In this document: positions 50,308-61,110 of the stretch, piece by piece
How positions within the stretch are numbered: position 1 is the stretch's first letter
Layout: every line of letters begins with the position of its first letter
Assembly: GCA_009859145.1 (NCBI GenBank)
Contig: VRVR01000041.1
Coordinates: forward strand, 145,566-209,565
Direction of reading: 5' to 3'
Length of the DNA: 64,000 nt
Source of the DNA: Andalucia godoyi And28
Lineage: Eukaryota; Protista; Jakobida
The notes under the pieces: generated by a model
Database searches by the model: none
Seen by the model: only the letters and a program-made list of their open reading frames with translations
Told to the model about the DNA's origin: nothing
Position numbers and translations under genes: made by a program

Positions 50308-51513
50308 ATGACCGATTTTCACACACACGGCATTGTAGAGTCGCATGGGTCGCTACTTGCCGATTCGTATCCGACCTTTTATTTTAAGGGAGTTTTGGAC
50401 GGGCTTGAAGTGACGAGTCGACTTGGCCAGTGCCAGCGGCTGGACGAATCTACTCTGGAGTTCCGCGGTCTGTTTACATATGCAGACCGGGAGTTTTCGC
50501 TTATTGTGATTGCAGAAGAGCGTGCAAATGACTCCTTTCTGGACTTCTACGGCACAGAGGTCGACAGCAGCGAGGGACTTGGGGACAGGCAGGACGGAGA
50601 CTTTGCGAACGGCGATGATGTGGAAATGGGAGTGCATCAGCACCCAAATGCAACCGACCTCGGACCTGGGTATGTTCGAGCTTCCAGTTTTATGGTTCCC
50701 ACTTCGAATAGGACACAGCAGCAGCATACCGTGAGAGACGATCTGGAGCCGGAAGACCAGGACGCGGTGTCCGATACTGCATCACAGACAGATCTGAAGG
50801 AATCTCATTCGAAATTGTCAAATCGATCACTGACGATCGATGTTGGTGAAAGTCCTGCTTCTCCAATGCCCCTGGAGGCCCCTATTGACTATGACCTGCC
50901 ATGCCGACAGTATGATTTTCGGTTTTTCGCAAAAGCACTCGACGAAGACTTTATGCTGCAGTCGACAATTTTGAAGCCCAGAACGTACGCTGCTGGGCCA
51001 CACTATGTGGTTTTGGATCTGAACATGGAGCTCTCGACGACGGTCTCGGCAGACGGTACCGGTGCGCGGCTTGTTGGATCCATGAGATGGTTTGAGGAGC
51101 CTCGATCGGTCGAAGGTGCGTGCTCCTTTGCTATCCAGCACAAATCCTACATGCGTCATATTGAGCCAGTCGCGAGCGAAATCGAGCGAACTCCACACGG
51201 TTGGAGAGTGCAGACCACCTATGTGCTCACGACCGGCGAGACATACGGACTCACGTTTGACGTGCCCTCGCTGCAGTCTGTTGCGTGGGGGCCCGAGGAT
51301 CTCAACTTGACGCTTACGCACACGAAGGTGTCTGTTTCGAACGCGCTGGTTCCTATTACGATTGCGACGTACGCTGGCTGGAATGTGGAGGCAGAGGCCT
51401 TTTGTGATTCTAGGCAGGATTATCGGTTTCAGATCCAAGGTGAATTGAGCGATGGTGAAAAGGATTTCCGCAAGTTTGCTGCAATTTTGTTCGGCACCAT
51501 GGAGCACTGGTGA
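50308..51513 (+). CDS. Hypothetical protein (beta-rich, unrecognised)
   Basis: 401-aa ORF with an ATG start and globular composition. Confidence 0.75.
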   Translation: MTDFHTHGIVESHGSLLADSYPTFYFKGVLDGLEVTSRLGQCQRLDESTLEFRGLFTYADREFSLIVIAEERANDSFLDFYGTEVDSSEGLGDRQDGDFANGDDVEMGVHQHPNATDLGPGYVRASSFMVPTSNRTQQQHTVRDDLEPEDQDAVSDTASQTDLKESHSKLSNRSLTIDVGESPASPMPLEAPIDYDLPCRQYDFRFFAKALDEDFMLQSTILKPRTYAAGPHYVVLDLNMELSTTVSADGTGARLVGSMRWFEEPRSVEGACSFAIQHKSYMRHIEPVASEIERTPHGWRVQTTYVLTTGETYGLTFDVPSLQSVAWGPEDLNLTLTHTKVSVSNALVPITIATYAGWNVEAEAFCDSRQDYRFQIQGELSDGEKDFRKFAAILFGTMEHW

Positions 51514-51814
51514 TCCAAGACGACACCACGAGGCAGGAGAGACAAGGATAATTCAGGATCCATACCCTCATGGATACGCGTGTAGCGTTACATTTCCTTT
51601 CCGTCGTTGGAAAAAAAGAAAAAAACAAGAAGAAGAAGAAGAAGAAGATTTGTACATTAGCACAAGGCGCGAAGATTGTTGGTATTCGGCACGGTAATTT
51701 AAATAATCAAATGAAAATATTAAAGTAAGAGGGGTAAAAAAAATACTTAAATAAGATAAAAAGAAAAGGAGAAGCAAGATGGTGATGATGATTGCAGACT
51801 TAATCCGACGATGC

Positions 51815-52780
51815 TCATGGCTGGAGATGCAGCTCGATTATTTCCTTGGTGTATGGATGCGGAAAAGCGAGGAATGACGCAAGAAGCCCCATGCGGGTCT
51901 CTTCGACCAAATTTTCCCTGTTGATTCTGTGATACAGAGTGCTGTAATAGTCAAAATTGTAATACGGATCTCGAACAATTGGAAATCCCGAGTCCGCGCT
52001 GTGAATGCGTATCTGATGGCTGCGACCAGTCAGCAACTGCACCTCGAATCGCGCCGTTGCAGACGTCTCGTCAAACGATTTCAGCGTGAATACGGAAGAC
52101 GCGATTCGCGGAGGCTGGTTGTCGGATCCTCGAGCCGACTTTCGAACACTTTCGTACAGCATGGTGTCCGGAAGAAAGGGATGGACGTTCCGGAACCGAG
52201 AGCGCAGAGACGTGCACCAGCACACCGAGCCTTCGTACCGATTCTCAAGAACCGCGCTCTTGAGTGCTTCCAGATGCGAGCACAGACTCGCGGTCTTCGT
52301 TTCCTGCAGCGACCTCCGAGCAAGAAAGGAGTCGATCTGAACAGGAGTGCTCACGAGAGAGCGGGTCTCGAAGTCCCACAGAGAGCCTACCGTATGCGCG
52401 GACATGCTGCCTCGCACGCAATCATTCAAGTCGCAGTTTGCCGACCGTTTTCGCAGGAAGGGCACGTCGCAGTCCACTGTATACACCTTTTTCCACTGCC
52501 TGTTCATCAGGCTCTTCGCAAGTTCGGAGCACGTAGTCTTGTTGAATGCAACGCAGAGCAGGCCCGTCGTGTACTTGTCTAATCGATGCGGGAAAAACAC
52601 ATTTCGAAACCCGCACTCCTGGAGCGTGGACTCCACAGACGGTGTGTTGGGAAATGCAGACTGCACCACAAGACCTGCCGGCTTCTCAACAACCACAAAC
52701 GGGTCAGTAAACCAGTCTCCGTAGACTGCTCGGAATGGAGGCGCTCGTTTCAAGGACCGTGCATGGCTTAGCACATACAT
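51815..52780 (-). CDS. RluA-family RNA pseudouridine synthase
   Basis: VVEKPAGL, catalytic HRLDKYTTGLL, GRSHQIRIH and FPIVRDPYY. The N-terminus is basic and could be an organellar targeting sequence. Confidence 0.88.
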   Translation of the reverse strand: MYVLSHARSLKRAPPFRAVYGDWFTDPFVVVEKPAGLVVQSAFPNTPSVESTLQECGFRNVFFPHRLDKYTTGLLCVAFNKTTCSELAKSLMNRQWKKVYTVDCDVPFLRKRSANCDLNDCVRGSMSAHTVGSLWDFETRSLVSTPVQIDSFLARRSLQETKTASLCSHLEALKSAVLENRYEGSVCWCTSLRSRFRNVHPFLPDTMLYESVRKSARGSDNQPPRIASSVFTLKSFDETSATARFEVQLLTGRSHQIRIHSADSGFPIVRDPYYNFDYYSTLYHRINRENLVEETRMGLLASFLAFPHPYTKEIIELHLQP

Positions 52781-53150
52781 TGCCCATTGCCCATTGCCCA
52801 CGCACGTTTTTTTCACACACGCAAAAAGCACATTTCACACAAGCGCACACGTTTTTTCCGCACATGTATTTCCCATTGATCAGTCCTCAAGTGCTGTGTT
52901 GAGGCAGAGTTCACTACTCGTGTCTTCCGATCTCGAACAACACGCTGTGAAAATGGTGAAGATGCATGACTTTTCCCAGCACTTCTTCTTCTCTCCACTT
53001 CTCTGGCATCGTTTTTCAGTTATTCGTTTTTTCTTCCCCTCTTCATTTTCTTCTTCTTCCCCACAGTCTACAGTGTGTGTTTACTCTCGCTGGGGTGTAC
53101 AGTTGGCGGTGCTTTGTGTCTCTCTACGCAGCACAGGAAAAATAAAAAAT

Positions 53151-53152
<2 letters not shown>

Positions 53153-53240
<88 letters not shown>
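53153..53240. repeat. (AG)n microsatellite in the GCN2 upstream region
   Basis: Seen directly, with one interruption. Confidence 0.95.
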
Positions 53241-53243
<3 letters not shown>

Positions 53244-53276
53244 GAAGGAAGGAAGGAAGAAGAGAAAAGGTGAGAT

Positions 53277-56200
53277 ATGGCAGAGATTGAGCAGCAGCTG
53301 GAAGAGCTGGATGCAATGCTTGCCATCTACGACGCAGACATTCACGATGTGTCGCGAAAACCTCCTATATCTTACAGAATTCGACTGCGGTCTCGAGTCG
53401 ATATTCCCAATGAGGCAGATCGGTGTTCGGTAGAGCTTCACATCAAGTACCACAAGCAATATCCGAAATTTGCAGCAAAGACGTTCATTGAACCGATCTA
53501 CGGGCTGCGGAGCGAAGAATTGGAAGAATTGCGACAGAATGCAAAGAACATGGCAGATGCAAGCGTACCGAATATTTGCGTGTTTGACATTATTGGAGTG
53601 GTGGAAAACTACCTGGATGAGCATCAGCGAGTTGTAGCGAGCTCGTTTCACGACGAAATGCTGCAGCTGCGGCAGAAGCGAGTGGAAGAAGAAGCCCAGA
53701 GAAAACAAAGGGAGCTAGAAGAAAGACAGCAAGCAATGCAAAGAGAGATGATCCGCAAAGCAGAAGAGGAAGAAAAAATGGCAGTGCTGCAGAGAGAAAC
53801 TGTCGAATCTGAGCTGAAGAAGAGATCGATGCTTGCGCTGGATAAGAAAATTTCTGTTCTTGGAAAGTCGCCTTCAGATGCACAATTTTCAGATGACTGG
53901 TCTTCAGACGAAGAGGAAGAGGATGAGGACGAGGATGATAACTTCAACATGGACGATGATCAGTACGACGAAGACCGTCAGCGGTTTCTATCTGGAGATC
54001 GATCATTTGGCACAAGCGAAAGCAGCAGTCGCGGCGGCCGAAACATTGAGCAAAATGGTCTGGCGGACGACAAAGAAGATCGCGAAAATGAAGAGGATAC
54101 GCTGTTTCCGTTCGAAGGAGAGGAATCGCCAAAGAAGGCTGCGATGCCGTCCTCGACTTCTGCAAAAGGTTCTCCCACCAAAGCAAGAACGTTTGGAAAG
54201 AGTTTCCTCATGGCGTCCGATTCAGACGATGATTCTGTCGACCAGCCAGGTGCTGCAGGAAGAGGAAAGACAAGTCTGATTCCCTTGAGCGGCGCTGGAA
54301 GCGAAGCCTCGTCGTGTACTTCTGAAGAAAGCTCGTCCCATAGCGTCAAAGGCCAACGGACCGCGACTTGCCCTAATTGCCACAGCGAGAATGACAGTGG
54401 GAATGCTGTTGATGACGAGGATGACGACGGACAAATGGAAGAAGATGTCAGCAATCTAGGTAGTGACCAACCAGACGACGACGACGACGACGACGACGAA
54501 GAAGAAGATGATGATGACGACGGCGACGAGGACGACGATGATGACGATGACGATGAAGAAGATGCGGATGCGGATACGGAGGACGATGCCAATGATGATA
54601 GAGTGTTGCATCCCATGCAACGGGCCCCGTCTTCAAAGTCAGAGGCACCCGTTGTAGAGGAATCCTGCGTTTTCCCGGGGAAGAGACAGCTTCAAAAGAC
54701 GCTGACATCAGAGACGGAAGCCACTATCTCCTCTGACCACTGGCTTGGTGCGCTGCTATCTCAGAAGCCTGCTGCGTCATCCAGCGCTGCCTCTCGTGGC
54801 GCAAGTGCTCGCGATCTCATGATGCTACACTTGTTGCGAAAGTTTGCTTCCGCATATCTTCCCGGCCACGCCAGTGCACTCCTTCAATTAGAATCGAAAT
54901 TGGAAGCATTGGGTATCTTGAAAGTCGACAGAGCCATGTTGAATTATGATGCTTTTACTCGCGAGTTCAAAAAGAGGTTCAGCAAGCAGATCAAGAACTC
55001 GCTGACGGAGGGTGTTACGTTTTCGGCCTTCTGGAATCTGCCATTGGACAACACGGCCTCTCAAATCGGTACCAAGACTGTTTCGCGCTACTACACAGAC
55101 TTTGAAGAAATTGAGTACATCGGGAAGGGCGCTTTTGGCCAAGTTGTCAAGGTCCGAAACAAACTCGACAATCGTTTCTACGCTATCAAGTGGGTCCGTC
55201 TGGATCCTTCGAGATCGAAGGAGAATCGAAAGATTTTGCGTGAAGTGCGACTTCTTTCCCGAGTCCAGCACAAGAACGTTGTGCGCTACTACAATGCTTG
55301 GATTGAAGGTGCTGCTGGCATTTTTGAGGAAGAAAATGAGGACGACGACGACGACGACGACGACGAGAGTGACTCTGAGGGCGAGGAAGAATCAGTCAAC
55401 GATTGGCTGGCTCCGCATTCGGGTTCAGCGTTGTCCAGCCCGTCGGTCAGTCGCAGAAGCTTGGCAAAGAAATCGACAGCGAAGAGCCAGAAGCATTGGC
55501 TTGATGAATCCGACGAGGAGGAGCCGGTTCGGAAGGATGAAGTCCAGGTGTTGTACATTCAGATGGAGTACTGTGCGAACAGGACGCTTCGACACTTGAT
55601 TGATGATGGCGCGCTTGCGCAGAACGTCGATGAACGGTGGCGACTGTTTAGACAGCTCTTGGATGCACTTGTGTACATTCATTCGATGGGGATCATTCAC
55701 CGAGATCTAAAGCCCGCAAATATATTCTTTGACGAGCTGGGCGATCTCAAAGTTGGTGATTTCGGCTTATCGACGACGTTGCACGGTAAAAGACAGCATG
55801 TGGTGGAAACGAAGATTGGCTCGCAGGGATCGGAGGGTCTGTCGACTTCGGCGCCTTCTCGCACCTTTCTTGACGGTCGCTCGATGGCGTCCCTCGTATC
55901 CGATTCCACGTCGGTGCAGCAGTCTCTGTCGGCGAACGTGGGCACTTTTTACTACATGAGTCCGGAGCAGGTTTCAGGGTCCTACGATCAAAAAGTTGAC
56001 ATGTACGCATTGGGCGTGATATTTTTCGAAATGGTGATGCCTCCGTTTGGCACAGCCATGGAGCGGATGGATGCGCTGACGAAGCTGCGGGATGTTGTCA
56101 ATGGGCCTCGGCTCCCCGGAATGTTCCAGGAGAATCACCCCGTGGAAGCGAAGGTCATCCTACTGCTCGTGCAAAAGGATTCGAAAGATCGACCGAGTGC

Positions 56201-59171
56201 CCTGGTCATGCACCAATCTCCATTTATACCTCGGGCAGTAGAGAATGAGCATTGGTTGGAAATCTTCCGCTCCATTGCAAATCCAGATGCTCCCCTTTAC
56301 AGACGCATTATCCGCACCCTGTTTGCGTCACCAGCTGTTGGGCAGCGGTCCGCGAACTACCCATCTCCTTTCGCGCTGTCGGTCTCGCAGTTGCAGAGTG
56401 CAGTGGCGTCTGTTCAGCGGGAACTGCAAACGAGTCATGCCCAAGATCTTGCGTATGAGGTGTCGGATTCAGCGGTGGCCCGCCAACGGAAACAGATTTC
56501 CATGGACGCCTTCTCATCGGATCGAGCCCGCATTCAGGACGTTCTTGTGCAGACTCTCGAAGCAGAGTGGAAGCGCCATTGTGCGACCCTGACGGAAGTC
56601 TCCCCTTTTGTCCCGAGAAACCAGCTGACGAATGACATTTGCGCGGATGCTCCGGAACTGATGGATCACATGGGAACGATTGTATATGTAGCCCCAGATC
56701 ACGTGACGCCGATGGCAAGGTTCCTGGCCAGGAATACTGGAACTTCGTATCTCCGACGATTTGTGACAGCTTCGGTTCTGTCGAAGAACCAGAACGGGGG
56801 ACAGCCTGGAAGACAGCTTGTCTCCACTATGGATCTTGTGCTCCCGCCTGTTGATACCTTGGCGGACAACGACGATCATGCTGGGCAAGATGTTGGAGAT
56901 TTGGAATGCGAAATGTTGTCCTCCATGCTCTTGCTTTTTGGAGAGCGGTTCTCCGGGGTTCTGAATGGCGAATTTGTGGTTAAAGTCAACCATGTAGGCA
57001 TCTCAGAGGCGCTGTTGGCGTCATGCAACTTTCCTCCTGGTGTATGGCCGTTTGTAAGCACCGTGTTGCACCAATTTGGATCGGTCGTTTGCGACTGGGG
57101 CACGCACGTCGCCATCACTTCTCTCTCGACTCCTCAATCTACGACTGCTGGCGCAGTTCCAACTGGGCTGGCTTGGGCTCGGGCAACGTTGCTCGACGAC
57201 AAGCAGTGCGAGGCCAAGTCCGTGGATGATTTGCTGTCCATCGTGGGCTTGCTGTTGCCAGTATTGAATCGACGAAACAAAAAGCGGCTGGATTTTGTGA
57301 AGGATTTTAAGCGTCCCCGCAGTTTGCATGCGGAGGATCTCGACGTTTTCGCTGGGGAAGACGACGACCATTTTCAGGAAAGATTGAAGGCCGAGAAGGA
57401 GTTCGAACTGGAGCTCATTCAGATACTTTCACGGGCGATCCCCCGCTGCAAGGCGTCTGTTTTTGACTCCGTTCTCCGTGTGATGGAGGCGAGGGATGTT
57501 TTGTTTTCTCTGATTCCGCATCGTCATCGCATTTTCGTGGAGTTTGATCCTTTAATCATCGCCGACGTCCGCCGATTTTGTGGCGTGTTCTTCATAGCCG
57601 GTCAAATGATGTCTTCTTCATCAACGTCTGTGCGTAATCCCAAACGAGGGGCGTCTGTACTTTCTGCTCCTCCTGACGCTCCGGTTCCCCATACGCTGTT
57701 TTCGCCATCCAATAGAGCCGTGCAATCCAAAATCCGCGCGTCGAGCGTGTCTGCCCGTTCGGTTCAGTCTGCTGTCGCCCCTGCTACCACCCCATGGGGC
57801 TTGTGGGAACAGCGGCGATTCTTTCCGTTTGTGTTTTCTGCGAGGTACGATCGGCACATTCAACGCTTCTCCTTTGGATATGACAGGCTGCTGTCCGCAT
57901 GCGCAACTTCGCAGCAAATGTTCGCTCCGCTGTTGAATTCTGTGCAGCGAGCGATGTGTCTCTCAGTGAATGTAGATGCCTTGTTCCGTGCGTTCGCTTT
58001 CCGTGCGCAGTTTTCCGATTCGCCTTTCCGCATGCTGTCTTTGCTGACGCAGCAAACGCGTGTGTCCCCCCTGGCGTCCGTTGTGGTCACATCCACGGAA
58101 ACGACGTCAAGCGATGCAACGGTTAGTTTTGCCACTGCTCTGCAGCGACTTCGTGTTGCCGTTCCGTTCTGGCAATTGTCTCTGCGTGTTTGCGTCCACG
58201 AAACAATGTCGGACGATACTCGCCTGCTATTCGATGTTGCGTACCACAAAATGCATGCACAGATCATTATTCGCTGCGCTGCGTCCGAGTCCCCGAACAT
58301 GCACAATCTTCTTGTGCATGTTTCTGGGGAAAAAGCAGTTATTGCACTTAATCCTTCGAGCGTTGCAGAATTTGTGTGCCGGAATTTGGCGTTCCGATTG
58401 TCCAAAGATCTGTCTTACGGAGATGCGTCATCGGTTCCGTATCACTTGACCACACTGTGTCCAGTTGTTTTTCCTGCTTCACCGAGCCTGTTCTCACCTC
58501 CCGCCGATGCATTTGGGGCGTCGTCTGCTGCAGCATCCAGCGGCGCATCTTCTTCTGCCTCCTCTCTGTCCACATCTGGTGCAATGTCATCTTCGCAAAA
58601 TGCAATTTCTTCCACCACGTCCTCCGCAGCATCTGCAGTGTCGTTCGCCGTGTCCATTAATGTGTTGGATCCATCCGGCCCGGTCGATGTCCCCATTCCA
58701 ACGCACCAGTATCAGCGAGAGATCAAGCAATCAGTGGTCGCTACTCTCAAGAGCATGGGCGATACGCAAATCGATGCTGTTCAATGTCCTATGGTGTCTC
58801 CGTTTCTTCTCCACCAAATTGCGTTTGTTGTTCGCTCGTTCCCCAAAGAAACGGAAGACGTTGTGTGCAAGAAAGCCTCGCAATTAGCGCAGCAAATCCT
58901 GAGTTCTGCGAACACGCCCAACCAATCCGTACTTCCAAAGGAGCGTGATCGCATTTTGGGCCCTGCAATCGGTCTGATTGTTCACTACCAGCAACAGGAG
59001 GCCAAAGACAAGCGAAAACGAGAGAAGTCTCAACGGCCTCCAGTGGATGGCTACGCCGAGATCGCATCGTTGTTGTGGAGGGCTGCAAATGTTCGACGAA
59101 TGCGAGGAATCTGGGTTGTCTGTGGCCCGCAGAGATCCGTGGAGTACGTGAACTTGCAATCATTGGCTTGA
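53277..59171 (+). CDS. GCN2: eIF2-alpha kinase GCN2
   Basis: N-terminal RWD domain; kinase with YYTDFEEIEYIGKGAFGQVVKVRNKLDNRFYAIK, an insert, LYIQMEYC, IHRDLKPANIFF, DFGL and VGTFYYMSPE; then a degenerate HisRS-like region. Confidence 0.92.
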   Translation: MAEIEQQLEELDAMLAIYDADIHDVSRKPPISYRIRLRSRVDIPNEADRCSVELHIKYHKQYPKFAAKTFIEPIYGLRSEELEELRQNAKNMADASVPNICVFDIIGVVENYLDEHQRVVASSFHDEMLQLRQKRVEEEAQRKQRELEERQQAMQREMIRKAEEEEKMAVLQRETVESELKKRSMLALDKKISVLGKSPSDAQFSDDWSSDEEEEDEDEDDNFNMDDDQYDEDRQRFLSGDRSFGTSESSSRGGRNIEQNGLADDKEDRENEEDTLFPFEGEESPKKAAMPSSTSAKGSPTKARTFGKSFLMASDSDDDSVDQPGAAGRGKTSLIPLSGAGSEASSCTSEESSSHSVKGQRTATCPNCHSENDSGNAVDDEDDDGQMEEDVSNLGSDQPDDDDDDDDEEEDDDDDGDEDDDDDDDDEEDADADTEDDANDDRVLHPMQRAPSSKSEAPVVEESCVFPGKRQLQKTLTSETEATISSDHWLGALLSQKPAASSSAASRGASARDLMMLHLLRKFASAYLPGHASALLQLESKLEALGILKVDRAMLNYDAFTREFKKRFSKQIKNSLTEGVTFSAFWNLPLDNTASQIGTKTVSRYYTDFEEIEYIGKGAFGQVVKVRNKLDNRFYAIKWVRLDPSRSKENRKILREVRLLSRVQHKNVVRYYNAWIEGAAGIFEEENEDDDDDDDDESDSEGEEESVNDWLAPHSGSALSSPSVSRRSLAKKSTAKSQKHWLDESDEEEPVRKDEVQVLYIQMEYCANRTLRHLIDDGALAQNVDERWRLFRQLLDALVYIHSMGIIHRDLKPANIFFDELGDLKVGDFGLSTTLHGKRQHVVETKIGSQGSEGLSTSAPSRTFLDGRSMASLVSDSTSVQQSLSANVGTFYYMSPEQVSGSYDQKVDMYALGVIFFEMVMPPFGTAMERMDALTKLRDVVNGPRLPGMFQENHPVEAKVILLLVQKDSKDRPSALVMHQSPFIPRAVENEHWLEIFRSIANPDAPLYRRIIRTLFASPAVGQRSANYPSPFALSVSQLQSAVASVQRELQTSHAQDLAYEVSDSAVARQRKQISMDAFSSDRARIQDVLVQTLEAEWKRHCATLTEVSPFVPRNQLTNDICADAPELMDHMGTIVYVAPDHVTPMARFLARNTGTSYLRRFVTASVLSKNQNGGQPGRQLVSTMDLVLPPVDTLADNDDHAGQDVGDLECEMLSSMLLLFGERFSGVLNGEFVVKVNHVGISEALLASCNFPPGVWPFVSTVLHQFGSVVCDWGTHVAITSLSTPQSTTAGAVPTGLAWARATLLDDKQCEAKSVDDLLSIVGLLLPVLNRRNKKRLDFVKDFKRPRSLHAEDLDVFAGEDDDHFQERLKAEKEFELELIQILSRAIPRCKASVFDSVLRVMEARDVLFSLIPHRHRIFVEFDPLIIADVRRFCGVFFIAGQMMSSSSTSVRNPKRGASVLSAPPDAPVPHTLFSPSNRAVQSKIRASSVSARSVQSAVAPATTPWGLWEQRRFFPFVFSARYDRHIQRFSFGYDRLLSACATSQQMFAPLLNSVQRAMCLSVNVDALFRAFAFRAQFSDSPFRMLSLLTQQTRVSPLASVVVTSTETTSSDATVSFATALQRLRVAVPFWQLSLRVCVHETMSDDTRLLFDVAYHKMHAQIIIRCAASESPNMHNLLVHVSGEKAVIALNPSSVAEFVCRNLAFRLSKDLSYGDASSVPYHLTTLCPVVFPASPSLFSPPADAFGASSAAASSGASSSASSLSTSGAMSSSQNAISSTTSSAASAVSFAVSINVLDPSGPVDVPIPTHQYQREIKQSVVATLKSMGDTQIDAVQCPMVSPFLLHQIAFVVRSFPKETEDVVCKKASQLAQQILSSANTPNQSVLPKERDRILGPAIGLIVHYQQQEAKDKRKREKSQRPPVDGYAEIASLLWRAANVRRMRGIWVVCGPQRSVEYVNLQSLA

Positions 59172-59541
59172 ACATTCTCGAAAATGAGAGAAAAACGGTA
59201 AAGAGGACAGAGCTGCATAAGCAATGTGCTTTGTTCTGAATGCCTTCTTCTTTTTCTCTTCTTGCACTTCTTTATTGTTACTACGATCACCTTTTCATTG
59301 TTGAGACCACGACGTGCAAAACACCATCGAGATTTCAAAAAAACAAAAAGCAACACGGAAAAAGGAAAAAGAAAAAGAAAAAGGAAAAAGAAAAAGAAAA
59401 AGAACGGGAGAAACAACAGCTACATGCACTACATGGAAGGAACAAAAAGGAAAAGGAAGGACGGGCATGCAAGGGGGAAACCCTGATAGAGGACAAGAAC
59501 TCTCTGTCAAGAGAGTGGTGACGGCGCAGAACGAGTTTCCA

Positions 59542-61110
59542 CTAATCCAGCTGCGTACGGATGGTGCCCGTTGGATCCTGTAGACCAATCGAAACAACAG
59601 GTGGGCAGTTCTTCAGGCTGTCGATGATTCTCTCGACATGTTCAAACGACTCGGTCTCGAGCTCGATCTGCGTTTTCACAAATCCTATGGGTGTCTTCAT
59701 GTCCATGAAGGCACGCTCGTGCTCGACTTGACGAACCGAAGCCTTTTCTTTTCCGATTGCAGAAAGGACTTGTGCGAGGGACCCCGGTCGATCGTGCATG
59801 GTGACGACGATTCTGGCCAGTCGTCCGTCTTGAACAAGACCTCGTTCGATGATTTTTCCGAGGATAGTCATGTCGATATTTCCTCCTGTGCAGATCAGAG
59901 CTACCTTCTTGTTCTCCAAGGGCAGTTTCTTGTTGAGCAACGCTGCAAGAGTGGTGGATCCAGAGCCTTCGACGACGGTCTTCTCATACTGAAGCAAGCG
60001 CAAAACAGCGAGCGAGATTTCGTTTTCGTTCACCAGTGCAATGTCGTCCACGTACTTTTCAAGATACGGAAGAACCATGTTTCCAACTCGCCGAACTGCA
60101 ATGCCATCCGCGATTGTTGCGCGGAACGGGACTTCTGTTACGATGTGCTGTTTCTTGGACAAGAAGCCCGAAGCCATGTTCTCCGCCTCGACGCCAAACA
60201 CCTTGATATCCGGGTTGAGCTCCTTGAGAACCATGGAGACTCCTGCAATCACACCACCACCACCGATCGGAACCACCACCGCATCGAGATCTGGGCACTG
60301 GTCAAAAAGCTCGAGCCCGAGGGTTCCCTGTCCGGCAATTGTGTTGAACCGATCAAACGCATGCACATACAGTCTGTTTTCCGCAATTGAAATCTTCTGC
60401 GCTTCCATTGCAGCGTCATCAAAGGACTCTCCATGCAGGATAATGGTGCCTCCCCACCTTCTTGTTCCAACGATCTTTGCAATCGGAGTCGTTGTTGGCA
60501 TGACAATCTTCGCATCAATTCCAAGAGCCTGTGCATGGAACGCCACGGCCTGTGCATGGTTACCAGCCGACGCAAGGACAACGCCATTCTTTGCTTCTTG
60601 TGGCGACAGCTGGAGCAAATTATTCAACGCTCCTCGCTCCTTATACGAGCCCGTAACCTGGTTGTTCTCCAACTTGATATACACGTCATTGTTCGTAAGT
60701 TTCGACAGCCCATGTGAGTAATTTAGAGGAGTCACTCGCAGTCTCCCTGCAATCCGCTTTCGAGCCGCAACCACATCATGGAACGAAGGCAACCGAACAG
60801 CTGTAGTCCCCGTGCCAACTCCGCCATTGCTGCTCTGATTACCACTACCACTACTACTGCTGCTGCTACTGCTACCCGGATTGCCCGTCGAAAAGGATGA
60901 CCCATTGCCGTTGGACTGCTCTTCATATGCAGAATGAAGACTCGGAACCAGCGGATCGTCTTGATCCGCAGCAAGCGAAGGCGGATGCATCGAGTTCATC
61001 GTCGACGGAGTCGTTGACGACGATGAAGGATGAGGATTTACTGCAAGTTTCTCGGGAAACGTCGAATAAAACTGCCGACCATGCGCACGCAACGCTCGGA
61101 AACGATGCAT
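59542..61110 (-). CDS. ilvA: PLP-dependent threonine dehydratase/deaminase with a single C-terminal ACT domain and probable mitochondrial presequence
   Basis: KLENNQVTGSYKERGA (PLP Lys), ASAGNHAQ, PIGGGG, TIADGIAV, CTGGNID and ACT motif MHDRPGSLAQVL. The probable start is MHRFRALRAHGRQFYS at 61110. Confidence 0.88.
   Translation of the reverse strand: MHRFRALRAHGRQFYSTFPEKLAVNPHPSSSSTTPSTMNSMHPPSLAADQDDPLVPSLHSAYEEQSNGNGSSFSTGNPGSSSSSSSSGSGNQSSNGGVGTGTTAVRLPSFHDVVAARKRIAGRLRVTPLNYSHGLSKLTNNDVYIKLENNQVTGSYKERGALNNLLQLSPQEAKNGVVLASAGNHAQAVAFHAQALGIDAKIVMPTTTPIAKIVGTRRWGGTIILHGESFDDAAMEAQKISIAENRLYVHAFDRFNTIAGQGTLGLELFDQCPDLDAVVVPIGGGGVIAGVSMVLKELNPDIKVFGVEAENMASGFLSKKQHIVTEVPFRATIADGIAVRRVGNMVLPYLEKYVDDIALVNENEISLAVLRLLQYEKTVVEGSGSTTLAALLNKKLPLENKKVALICTGGNIDMTILGKIIERGLVQDGRLARIVVTMHDRPGSLAQVLSAIGKEKASVRQVEHERAFMDMKTPIGFVKTQIELETESFEHVERIIDSLKNCPPVVSIGLQDPTGTIRTQLD

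Noticed and set aside
52953-53273. Long upstream ORF ending 3 nt before the GCN2 ATG
   Set aside because: It stays open mainly because it runs through pyrimidine tracts and an (AG)n microsatellite, and there is no evidence the transcript includes its ATG.
53277-61110. GCN2 adjacent to threonine dehydratase as an amino-acid-sensing cluster
   Set aside because: The genes are convergent in a gene-dense genome with unrelated neighbours; adjacency alone is not evidence.
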